From positions 3,472,001 through 3,536,000 of the forward strand of contig OZ361258.1 of NCBI GenBank assembly GCA_977018835.1: a DNA stretch of 64,000 bases, given 5' to 3'. Below are positions 34,320 to 44,400 of this stretch, in pieces; within the stretch, counting starts at the first letter, position 1, and the number at the start of each line of letters is the position of its first letter. Position numbers and translations under genes: made by a program. The notes beneath the pieces are model-generated. The model had not been told where the DNA came from. It ran no database searches and saw nothing but the letters and a program-made list of their open reading frames with translations. This stretch comes from Minutocellus sp. GHC0000111. Taxonomy: Eukaryota.

Positions 34320-36422
34320 CTATTGTGCTACATGCACTTGAGTTTGCTTTTTGCACTGAGAGGGGATAGAACTCTTCATCGCAACAATGGTACTTGTATC
34401 ACCATCTCCACTGTCTGGCAGCGCGGAGGAATCACTTGCGTCGACCGCATTAGCATTGGCAGCCGCAAGTAGTAGGGCGTATCTTGCAGAAGTCTTGGTC
34501 AACCCGACCATTTGGCCAAAAAAGCCCCTTTCCACAAAAAACGAGCCCTTTGCGGCAGCAGTCGAATACAGTCTTGTTATCATTGGTGGTGAGTTCATGC
34601 GTTCAAACTTTTCCTTGAGCTTGGAATTCACTTCCATTCGGGACATTGTTCCACCGCTTTCATTGAGCCACTGCACTACCTGCTCCTCTTCTTCTGACGT
34701 ATCAATGTCATCCGGAAGATAAGGTGCCATGGCCCATTTGGCGTTTTCTTGCAGAACTTTAGCCTTCTGCTTATCAGGTCGTCTTGCCGAGACGATGGCC
34801 CCAGCTTCTATGGCCCCGGCAATCCAGCTATCCGCCTGGCCTCAGCATCAATCGGCCAACGTTGCTTCAAATGATTGCGAATAACACAGAGAGGGGCCCA
34901 CATATCCCCACTCTCAGCAAACACCTGCAATTGTTTGACGACCCTCTCCGTGGCCTTTGTGGCCTCGCTCTGGATCCAGTAGTCTCTCTTCTCAAAACAA
35001 TTTTGACAGAATAAATCGCCGCATCCTGGTTCTGCAAATAGCTTCGATTTGAGGCAAATTGCATCACAAGAGGCACATTGTGCCGTTGAGCCAATACAGG
35101 GGTGGTGGGCGGCGACTTGAGCATCGGTCGGCTTTGGAAATATCGCAGTTCGCCAATCAACAAGCACTCCATGTCGGAGGAAGGGCATGGAATCGACTGC
35201 ACGCTGAGCATAAGTCAGCTTCCTAAATTCAAGGATCAAATAATGGTCTGAGTGGTCTGATGCACTCTGAACAATGAGTACCACTCGGAATGTACGTCGT
35301 CTTGACGAACAAAACAAAAGGCATAGTTTCGGCCAACTTTGAGACTTTTGCGGGTAAGGCATCGAGAGGGAGAGGAGCAGTATCACAAAGAGAAATGGAT
35401 GGGTGTGCGCCTCCTGCTTCTTGAGATAGGTGCAATTTCTTGAATTCGCCGTCTCCGGTCTCGTAGACAATGTTTTCTTCAATGGCTTTTTGGAAAAAAC
35501 ACTTGACTGAAGAATGATCTGGAAACCTAGCTGGATTCGTCTTGCGGAGCTGATTACCAACATAAGACTTTAGCATCCCAGATGGCGATTCCTTCAGTAC
35601 CGAGCGCAGAAGCTCGGCATCGTCTAGCCACTCCTCGCTGGGAGTAAGGGCCTCCAACGAGAATATCGACTCACTGTCAGAAATACTAGAATCATCATCG
35701 CCACCAGAGTGGCGAGAGGCCATTGGCGTCATCCTCAGAACGTCTGTCTCCCACCTCATTTTCATATTGCAATTGACTTGAAGCAGCGACTGCATTGTGC
35801 CCTTCGAGATGACAATGGTCGTCCACTGTGGCCTTTGCTGTAGTTTGGCGAGAAGATACGCATAGTCAAGATCGCTTGTTATAAAACAAAGCGTGGCTCC
35901 TTCAGGATTTGAGAAAGCAAAAAACAGGGCATCGACAATTATCATTTTATCTGCCACTTCTTTTCGCCCTGCATGGGGGCAGTCTACCAAATGACACCCC
36001 GAGAGTTGTAGTTCGGATTGCTTGCTCTCGGGGATGTGATTCAGACCAATACTGGCATAGCCACGAAATTGTTTCAGCTAAACATGCTGGGCTAGTATCT
36101 CTTTGAGCCTCGTAGCGACGCGGGTTCCGCTGACCTCATTCGGTATGGGTACATTTTCAATGTCCCAAAAGATGCTCAGTGGGACCTCGCTTCGATGAAG
36201 AGCCTCCTTCACGACCTGGCTTATGTCCTTGGCTGCAAGTAGGGGAATGCCCGCTGTCTGCAGATCCACGATGGTTTCGTCTACATCTCTCTGAAAGGTG
36301 TCCCACGATGCGCCTAGCTCAATGAGCGTATCCGCCCATTTGTGAATGCTTGGGTGCGTACTGCTTCTCAACCAATCCTCGAAGGGCTCCATATGCGTTG
36401 TCTGTTGGGTATCATTCGACAT
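34320..36422 (-). pseudogene. Disrupted NYN-domain (MARF1/limkain-b1-like) nuclease gene with probable OST-HTH/LOTUS-like segments
   Basis: IFWDIENVPIP, KEVADKMIIVD, LCFITSDLDYAYLL; in-frame TAG at 36080-36078, frame change near 35280 with a 9-bp duplication (SDH-SDH), further frame breaks near 34840-34800. Confidence 0.7.
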
Positions 36423-36834
36423 CGTGTCGTTGTATTGCCTTAACGGCAGTGATCGTATTCATTCATTTGTTGATTGGGGTGATTATAATCTGGTTTGTGG
36501 TTGTATGGAATAGTTGTGAGCTCATGTCATGAGGATATCATCATGCCATGCGGGGGTAGTTGTCACGTTGTCAAGGCATGAATTCTCATGGTCAAGAACA
36601 AATTCGAAGCGAAGTCAAGGCGCCAGAACGGTTACGGCCGCAGATGACATCTGACTACTGACGCGGGCGCATCGCATCCACAAGCCAAAAAAGTTGATGC
36701 GAACCATCAGTGCGAACCTTGCCCGAGACTCTGCGACGTGGAATCTCTTGGTGGCAAAACTTGATGCTACCATCGGTATCGGTGAGGACCGCATGTAGAT
36801 CGATATCGGTACTATTCAATTAGATGTGCGTCAA

Positions 36835-38871
36835 CTACTGATCATACTGCCTATCTGGTACAAAGTACTGTCGATATCGTCGCAGTATCTCTCTCTTTAC
36901 GTCATCGTCGTCCTTCTTTGTGTTGGGATGGAGAACCAGATCGTGCGCGCAAAGAGCCCCCCGTTCGGCGATCTGTCTGGCCTCCTTGTCATTGTCCCTC
37001 ATCCATTGGACCATTTCTTCGACATTTGTCAGGTTGCGGTGGAGGGGGATGTAATGGGTCCAGGGCTCTAACCACTCCTCCATTGCCCAGCTTGTTCGTT
37101 CTGGGGGTGGCATCATGACCACCGATCGCGACAACAAGGACCATCGCAGGCCGGTGGCCAGATCATTTCCCTCCATGACAATCAGTGCCTTGTACTGCAG
37201 CTGCTCCTTGTAGGTCATTTTCTTGTTTCCTTTGGTGAACAGCTTGGCATTTGGTAGATCATCCATCGGCACGTCAACTACTCTCGTAAGGCGAGCATCG
37301 ACCAGCTTGGACTTGTCGTGCAGCATGACGAGACGACAGCGTGGGATGCGGTCGCACACCTCCTCATCAGACATGACCTTGCGATCGAACTTCTCTCGCG
37401 CTCCCGTCAGTGCTCCCCGCCAAAAGGCCACATCTTTCTTCTTTTTCCATGGTATGTCATCCCTCAGAACTTCCTCGAGAGGTTCGTTGCTTCTCGACGA
37501 ATGAAAGTCCCACACTATCGGAGAGTAGTCCTCAAAGGTCCAATCGACCGTCTGCAATGGCAAACGCGGTACGTGCAGATGAAGAGGATGGCAGGCATCG
37601 GAATGTGGCTCGGTAACATCGGCCGCCGCCGCTCCCGTCGGTGGCGTCGTGGACCGAGCCTCAACATTCAGAAATGGATCGATCGACGCCGACGCGATGG
37701 CATTCTTCCTCGAAACAGCCTCGGCGGCAATCCTCGTCTTGCCAATGATGGGCAGATCGCACAGCACCCCCAGGGTATCTCCGAAGCGCACAATGACGGG
37801 CGTTCGGGTGTTCCGTATGTCGACGAATCCCCCCGTCCTCTTGTCCAGCATGGCCTCCACGACGAGCTTGAGATCTTGATCCCTGGGATCGTACCCGTAG
37901 GCAATCTGCTTGCGCATCTGCAGTCCCGTGCGGGCATACAGGGTCAAATCTCCCGATCGAACTTTGCCGCCGTCATCGTCAATATGCTGCGTCCTGTCCC
38001 CATCCAATGCATCAACAATATCGAGCATCTCCAACGCATCTCGACAGTACGGGGCATGGTGGTTTTGTCGGGGCGGTGTGTCGGCACACTTGGCCACCAA
38101 GTCGCGATCCAAAACGTACAAATTGTGCTTCTCATAATCCTTGGGGGTGGACGTTTCCACGTCGGTACTCAAAACAATGTCGTGACAGGCATCCCCGGAG
38201 GCATAGTGCATCGGCCCGTCCAGCGACACCTCGGCGACGAAGTTGATGGTCATGTTGGGCTGAAAGTTGGGCCGCTGGGACCACGTTTCCAGGTCGGGAT
38301 ACTCGTATCGGTAGTGTATCCTGTCTTCCGCGGTTGGTTCGCGGTAATACATATTGCTGGTCGACTTTCGTCTCATCCTGCGCTTGCTGCCTCCACCACT
38401 GACATCACGGGGAACGTAGCGACACGGCGGGACGTACCAGTTACTCATGTAGATGCGGACGCGCTCGTCGACGGAGGGGAAACGCTCGGAGCGCAGACGG
38501 GGGTGCCACGAGCGGTGCAAGTACGATAGCTCGTGCCGGACGACGTGGTCGAGCCGCCCGTGCGAATGGTGATGATGATTGCGCCGGCTGGTGATTAATA
38601 TTATGGCGCCGACAATGGCGGAAAGGCCAGCTACCGCACCGCATGCTTTGGTGCGGCATCGACTCGAAGGGAGCGAACAGTAAGAACGCAATGACGGGAG
38701 CCTGTTGCTCCGGTGGAATTCCTTGGATGCCGATGAGGACGACGACGCGCTGCTGCCGCCAGGAGGCCACGCTCTCGGCCTCATCTCATCGCCCGCGAGG
38801 AGGCCGTTCATATCCGCGTTGCTACCGCTTCGGCGGGTACTGGTGGGCATGGCTGGAGGGAACTTGCTCAC
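36835..38871 (-). CDS. Glycosyltransferase family 90 (CAP10/POGLUT-like), type II membrane protein
   Basis: N-terminal TM; RFPSVDERVRIYMSNWY, DIPWKKKKDVAFWRGALTG, QLQYKALIVMEGNDLATGLRW, SWAMEEWLEPWTHYIP. Confidence 0.88.
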   Translation of the reverse strand: MSKFPPAMPTSTRRSGSNADMNGLLAGDEMRPRAWPPGGSSASSSSSASKEFHRSNRLPSLRSYCSLPSSRCRTKACGAVAGLSAIVGAIILITSRRNHHHHSHGRLDHVVRHELSYLHRSWHPRLRSERFPSVDERVRIYMSNWYVPPCRYVPRDVSGGGSKRRMRRKSTSNMYYREPTAEDRIHYRYEYPDLETWSQRPNFQPNMTINFVAEVSLDGPMHYASGDACHDIVLSTDVETSTPKDYEKHNLYVLDRDLVAKCADTPPRQNHHAPYCRDALEMLDIVDALDGDRTQHIDDDGGKVRSGDLTLYARTGLQMRKQIAYGYDPRDQDLKLVVEAMLDKRTGGFVDIRNTRTPVIVRFGDTLGVLCDLPIIGKTRIAAEAVSRKNAIASASIDPFLNVEARSTTPPTGAAAADVTEPHSDACHPLHLHVPRLPLQTVDWTFEDYSPIVWDFHSSRSNEPLEEVLRDDIPWKKKKDVAFWRGALTGAREKFDRKVMSDEEVCDRIPRCRLVMLHDKSKLVDARLTRVVDVPMDDLPNAKLFTKGNKKMTYKEQLQYKALIVMEGNDLATGLRWSLLSRSVVMMPPPERTSWAMEEWLEPWTHYIPLHRNLTNVEEMVQWMRDNDKEARQIAERGALCAHDLVLHPNTKKDDDDVKREILRRYRQYFVPDRQYDQ

Positions 38872-39059
38872 TCGCCGGGGATGTAAACTAAACGACTCGA
38901 CTCGACCTCATTAAAGCCGGGCGGGGATCGGGAGGCCAGTTTCGAAGTTCGAAAGTTAGACAGTAGCGCGCGCGGCGGGAAGGGACGGTAAAGGCCGCGG
39001 GCACGTTTCTTCGTTCAGAGTTCTTTTAAGTTTTTGTAAGAAAAACACTCTAATCTTTG

Positions 39060-39262
39060 TTTTGGCGATTTCGCGCGCGATTTTTGTGTGAAGCGCGCGT
39101 TTTTCCGCGGATCACGCGCGAATTTTCGCGGATTCGCGCCGGTCTTGGTTGTGTGTGCATCGCGTTTTTTCGCGGAACGCGCGCGATTTTTAGCGATTCG
39201 CGCGCTTTTTTTGCGTTTTGCGCCGCGCTTTTCCGCAATTCGCGCCGCGCTTTTTCGCGGAT
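39060..39262. repeat. Degenerate tandem repeat of about 19-20 bp, (CGCG..TTTTT..CGCGG), very CpG-rich
   Basis: About ten alternating CGCG blocks and T-tracts, non-coding, just upstream of the retroelement. Confidence 0.75.
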
Positions 39263-39392
39263 AAGTAGAGTGTCTGGAGTTTTTGTGATTGCACAAAAAT
39301 CCCAAATAAAACTAGTGGCAACGGAGATTGCCGTCCCTTCCGGCGCGCGCGGGGGCCCGCCACTGAGCGACACGTCAAAACGATAGTGAAGG

Positions 39393-39866
39393 TGTCATAT
39401 CGAAAGCCAACACAGTGAGCCGCCGGCGAAAGCGCAAAGAAACCACAAGAAGACCGTCCGTCGACGGAGATCTAGAGACGCGCCTAGATCTCCGCCGCAG
39501 ACTCCACATGTGCATGGAGGAATCCTAGCAACGTAGATCTGTCCACAACCCTGGTTAAATCTAGCATGTTTATACTGAACAGAATCCTGCCTCGGTTTTG
39601 ACCTACCAAATGAGTTTTATTTCTCATCCTCTCTCTTGGTCGAACGACACCACCAAACCTTCTGTGCAATTGTTGATGCCGTGGGATACGTACGTACGTA
39701 TACATACGTACGGTACGTACGGTGATCAGACCACTGACTCAGTGCCCTCTCCTGACCGTTGATCCATGGGCCAACGACATCTCCGATGGCCCATTTTTCA
39801 TCTACGCAGGTCCTATTAACCTCTACTAGCTATGTCTGTCTAGCTTAGCTTTAGGACCTCTTAGCA
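39393..39866 (+). repeat. Possible 5' LTR of the copia element (boundaries uncertain)
   Basis: Starts TGT, ends CA, lies about 300 bp before gag, contains an 11-bp hairpin (39465-39494) and a (TACG)n tract; there is no second copy in the window to confirm it. Confidence 0.3.
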
Positions 39867-40162
39867 GACCTACGTGATACATCTTTTCCACCCGTGCTCG
39901 CCCCATTTCGGTTGGTTCGCACCTCACCGGTTTGTCTTGGGTTCTCACTCGTCACGCAAGAAAAACCGACACATCTTCAATCGGCCAAAACGACCGTTTC
40001 TTTCGACAATATTGGAACGACGATCCAATCCCTTCCCCGAAAGTCCTGACCAGATCGACCCATCCAATCGATCACACTTCTCTGGATCGAACCTTCTGTC
40101 GATCACACGTCTCGCACAGCAACGCCGCCGTGCTGCCTGTCTTCGCTGACTGAAACACCAGC

Positions 40163-41446
40163 ATGAATCCCGACGCAGTTTTTGGCCAACCTCTCGGCGC
40201 AGCGCAGATTCTCCCCACCAAGTTAATCACACGTATGAATGACCCAGGACAACCTCCCCAATGCGAGCGTGTTGCCAAAGCGCTCAAGGAACTTCAACAA
40301 GCAAGCGGCGGCCAGCATTCCAGCAGAGGAGGGTGCAATGACCATGGCCTCGGCCATTTGGGCCTCGTCGTCAGCGATGCCGAATGCACCACCAAAAGTA
40401 ACGGCCGACCACATGTGCCTCCGGCAAATCCTGGCCCCAGCCCCACCATTCCCGCCGTGGCCAATCTAGACCAACGCGATCGTGCAATCCGGGGACATTA
40501 CATCGAAAAGGGCCACCACAACTTGCACGAGCAAGTCAACACGGCGCTCAAGAATCTCCTCCTCGACTCGATCGACGCCGTCTACATCAATCATCTCAAA
40601 GATGACATGCTCGGTTTCCAGCCAGTCACCATCCGCCACATCATCGACAGCATTACCGATCGCTACTTGAAATTCAACGAGACTCAGAAGGAGGAATTAG
40701 AGAAGCAGCTCGAGAAGCAGCACGACGGGGGACCCATCGACACCCACATCGCCATGTTCAACAAAGACTTCAAGGCGTTTGAAACGGCCGGCGAACCCTT
40801 CACCAACAAGCAAAAGGTCTCCAAGTTCTACCGCTCCGTGCGCAGGTTCTCATTGGCAAAGAAGGCATGCGAGGACTGGGACGACAGACCGGAGGCCGAA
40901 CGCACGTGGGCCAACATGCAGTCGGACTTCCGCGATTGGCATGATAAGAAGATGGCCAACACCACCGAAGCGGCAGGACATCATGGCGCGAACTTGGCCT
41001 CATCGGCCTCGGACGATCCATTTCTTTCTCGAGCCGATCTCCTTTTGGCTGATGCCACCGAAGCCCTCAAGACCAACCAAGCCATGATGGCGAACCTCGC
41101 CAAAAAGAACGAGAAGGATGATGCCATTGCCAAACTTCGCCAAGAAATAGCTTCACTCAAGGCCGAGAACCGCGTTCTGCGTGAGGGACGCAACCATGCT
41201 GGTGGCAGTGGAGGCTACCGCGGCGGTGGCCAGCAGAACGGCGCCGGCCACTTCCCAGGCCAAGGTCCTAACCTCAACCGCCAGGAGAAGCGGGAACTGC
41301 AGTCGATCCTCCCCAGAGGCCATTGTTGCCACACGTGCGGCTATTCGTCCAACCACCCCAGCTTTGAATGCACTTGCAAAGGGCCCAACCACGTTGATAA
41401 CGCCACCAAGTGCAATCCTTGCAGTGGCAGCTCGCGTCGTAACTGA
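40163..41446 (+). CDS. gag: Retrotransposon Gag
   Basis: GHLGLVVS..E, PANPG, DWDDRPEAERTWAN (CoDi-type gag), C-terminal Cys/His knuckle CHTCGY..H.S.EC....PNH. Confidence 0.82.
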   Translation: MNPDAVFGQPLGAAQILPTKLITRMNDPGQPPQCERVAKALKELQQASGGQHSSRGGCNDHGLGHLGLVVSDAECTTKSNGRPHVPPANPGPSPTIPAVANLDQRDRAIRGHYIEKGHHNLHEQVNTALKNLLLDSIDAVYINHLKDDMLGFQPVTIRHIIDSITDRYLKFNETQKEELEKQLEKQHDGGPIDTHIAMFNKDFKAFETAGEPFTNKQKVSKFYRSVRRFSLAKKACEDWDDRPEAERTWANMQSDFRDWHDKKMANTTEAAGHHGANLASSASDDPFLSRADLLLADATEALKTNQAMMANLAKKNEKDDAIAKLRQEIASLKAENRVLREGRNHAGGSGGYRGGGQQNGAGHFPGQGPNLNRQEKRELQSILPRGHCCHTCGYSSNHPSFECTCKGPNHVDNATKCNPCSGSSRRN

Positions 41447-44400
41447 GCGGGAGGGACGGTGGATGTTAATCAGTGTAAAACAGAGGACAGCATGTCTGAA
41501 TCCACCTCCTCCCCGCCTTCGTTAGCTTTTCTTACGTCAAAAAGCAAACCTCCAACTCAAGAGCCAATCGTCCTCGCAGCAGATGCTGGAACGACGGGAC
41601 ATTTTGTCCAGAAGCCCCAACACCTGTCGCACGATGGCCCTGTTTTCAACGTCCAACAGACAGCAATTCCTATCAGCGTCACCCTTCCGGATGGCAGCAC
41701 AATGACGAACACCCACGAGGCCACGCTTCGCCTCCCTGGGGTTTCCCCATCGGCTAGCAAGGCCTACATTTTCAATAACATGGCATCATCGCTCCTGTCG
41801 ATTGGGCAGCTGTGTGACGATGGATGTGTTGCCACTTTCGATAAGGATTCGGTAGTCATCGCTAAGGACAACACCGTCATTTTGCAAGGCAAACGAGACC
41901 CCTCAACGAAATTGTGGATGGTAGATCTTAATTGCTCGCCCACCATGTCGCCGCTCCCCGGCCCCAACGTCATCCAACATGCTGCCAACGCCGCAATTGC
42001 CCAGGAGACGGTTCCGGAACGTGCAGCCTTTTTACATTGGTGCGCTGGCAGTCCTCAGCTATCTGCCTGGTGCAAAGCAATCGATGCGGGATTTTGTAGA
42101 TCTTGGCCAGGCCTCACACCAAAGCTTGTACGTAAGCACATGCCACAGTCGATGCCGATGATTAAAGGTCACTTAGACCAGCAGCGCAAGAACATCAGGT
42201 CGACCAAGCCCAAACGGTCGATGGCTACGCCAAAATCTCTCCCTGGGGTGGACGAAACCGAGCAGGATCTCCACCCGGCACAACACCAACAGCGCACCAA
42301 CTATGTCTTTGCTGATTGTCATGACACAACGGGCCAGATCTTCTCAGATCAGCCCGGCCGTTTCTTGGTGTCGTCTATTTCTGGCCACCAACACACAATG
42401 GTCGTCTGTGACCATGACTCCAACAGCATCTTGGCCGAACCAATGAAAAGCCGATCGGGAACGGAAATGCGCCGAGCGCACCAAACTGTTTTCGAATGCC
42501 TCTCCAAGCGAGGATTTCGCCCAAAATTGCAACGATTGGACAATGAAGTGAGTCGAGAGCTGAAGGAGTTCATGGAAGAAAAGGATGTAGATTTTCAATT
42601 GACCCCAACGCACTCCCACCGCCGAAATGCGGCCGAACGAGCCATTCGAACCTTTAAGAATCATTTCATTGCGACTCTCTGTGGCACCGATCCCGACTTT
42701 CCCCTCATCTTGTGGGACAAATTGCTGGAGCAGGCGGCAATGACCCTCAATTTCCTGAGAGCATCCCGAGTCAACCCTCGACTATCAGCGTGCGAGCAAC
42801 TCAATGGCGGCTTTGATTTCAATCGCACGCCTCTCGGCCCCCTCGGATGCAAGGTCATCTTTCACGAGATGCCCTCGGCACGCGGCTCTTGGTCCCCGCA
42901 TGGCGTTGATGGGTGCTATGTCGGTCCAGCCATGGAACACTGCCGGTGTTACAAGGTTTGGATTGAGGAAACTCGGGCGGAACGCACTGGCAACACACTC
43001 GTCTGGCTCCCCAAAATGATTCCGGCACCCAAAACGTCGTCGGCCGATGCAGCAACAGTCGCAGCTCATGAACTCCTGCACGCTCTACAGAATCCACATC
43101 CAGCGGCACCCCTTGCTCCCCTTCGAGACGAGCATCGTCAAGCTTTAGAAAAGCTCTCCGAGATTTTCAACAGCGTGACCCCAGCAGAATCTGCCACCTC
43201 CGCCTCTGATGAGACGATGCAGACAACCGCAGCTCCGAGGGTGCTGGAGAACGATGACGACTCCCAACGATTCCGCCTCGGTGCCATCGTCGCCAAAGTG
43301 TTTGGAGATCGCAATTACAAGGGCAGAGTCGTTGCATTTGACAAGAAGTGTAAGCACTACAAAATCAAATACGAGGACGACGACGTAGAAGAGATGAACG
43401 AGACTGAAGCAGGCCGTCACCTTGTCTCCAACCCCAACGCTCCGTTGCCTCAGCCCCAGCAACCTCCGAGGGTGGCAAAATCCTCCACATGTAATGCAGC
43501 CACCACTAAAAGCCGTCGATCACGTCGATCCAACGCGCCACCTCGCTCGTCAGTTTCTTCCAACTGCTACAATCCTTTGGCTGCAGCAGACGAGCCCAAC
43601 GGCGACGATGATGACAATCATGACGACGATGCAACCGTCGCAACATCCAATCAAAGTTCCAATGCCCCCACCTCCCGTCGGCAACGTAAACGCAAGTCTC
43701 CAACGATCGACACCACTCCAACATTACCAGCTCCAGCAAAATCGACAAGCAAGTCCAAACCATCGACCGCCAAACCACCTCGACGACGATCACACCGTCA
43801 GCGAGGGCACATTCCACATCGGAACCCTCCCCCACGGCCATCATCTCGTCGTAGCACCCACCACGTGGTTAACATGGCAGCTTTCTCGCCTTTACCAAAC
43901 CTCCAACACTTTGCTAACGCCGTCGTCCATCCCGATGCTGGTGCAATGCTTGAACACCGCGACCTCCTCAAAACGAACATGAGGGACCAATTCATTCAAG
44001 CAAACATTGATGAAATTGGACGGCTAACGGACGGCCGAGTTGGAAACAGTGCTAGCACTCCCTCCAACACAATGGCTTTCGTCCACTGGTCCGAACTGCC
44101 TCGGGGAAAAAAGCCACATGCCTCCGCATTGTCGCCGACTATCGCTCCCATAAACCAAATCCTAATCGAGTTCGATGGACTGCAGGAGGCGACAAAATTC
44201 ATTACCCTGGTGCAGTCTCGACCCCGACCGCTGAAATGTTGACTGCAAAGTTACTTTTCAACAGCGTCATCTCTACAGACAACGCTCGTTTCATGGGAAT
44301 TGATATCAGTGACTTCTATCTCAATGGCACCATGCCAGAGCCAGAATGGATGTGGGCGCCAGTAGCTCTCATCCCCGACGAAGTCATGGAAGCCTACGAC

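Noticed and set aside
39866..39880. tRNA primer-binding site (GACCTACGTGAT)
   Set aside because: Only a loose resemblance to a tRNA 3'-end complement and it lacks the TGG start; cannot be supported without the tRNA set.
44095..44115. Programmed -1 slippery site GGGGAAAAAAG in pol
   Set aside because: It lies inside the start of RT rather than at the gag/pol junction, and a second indel follows at about 44990; decay or assembly error is more likely.
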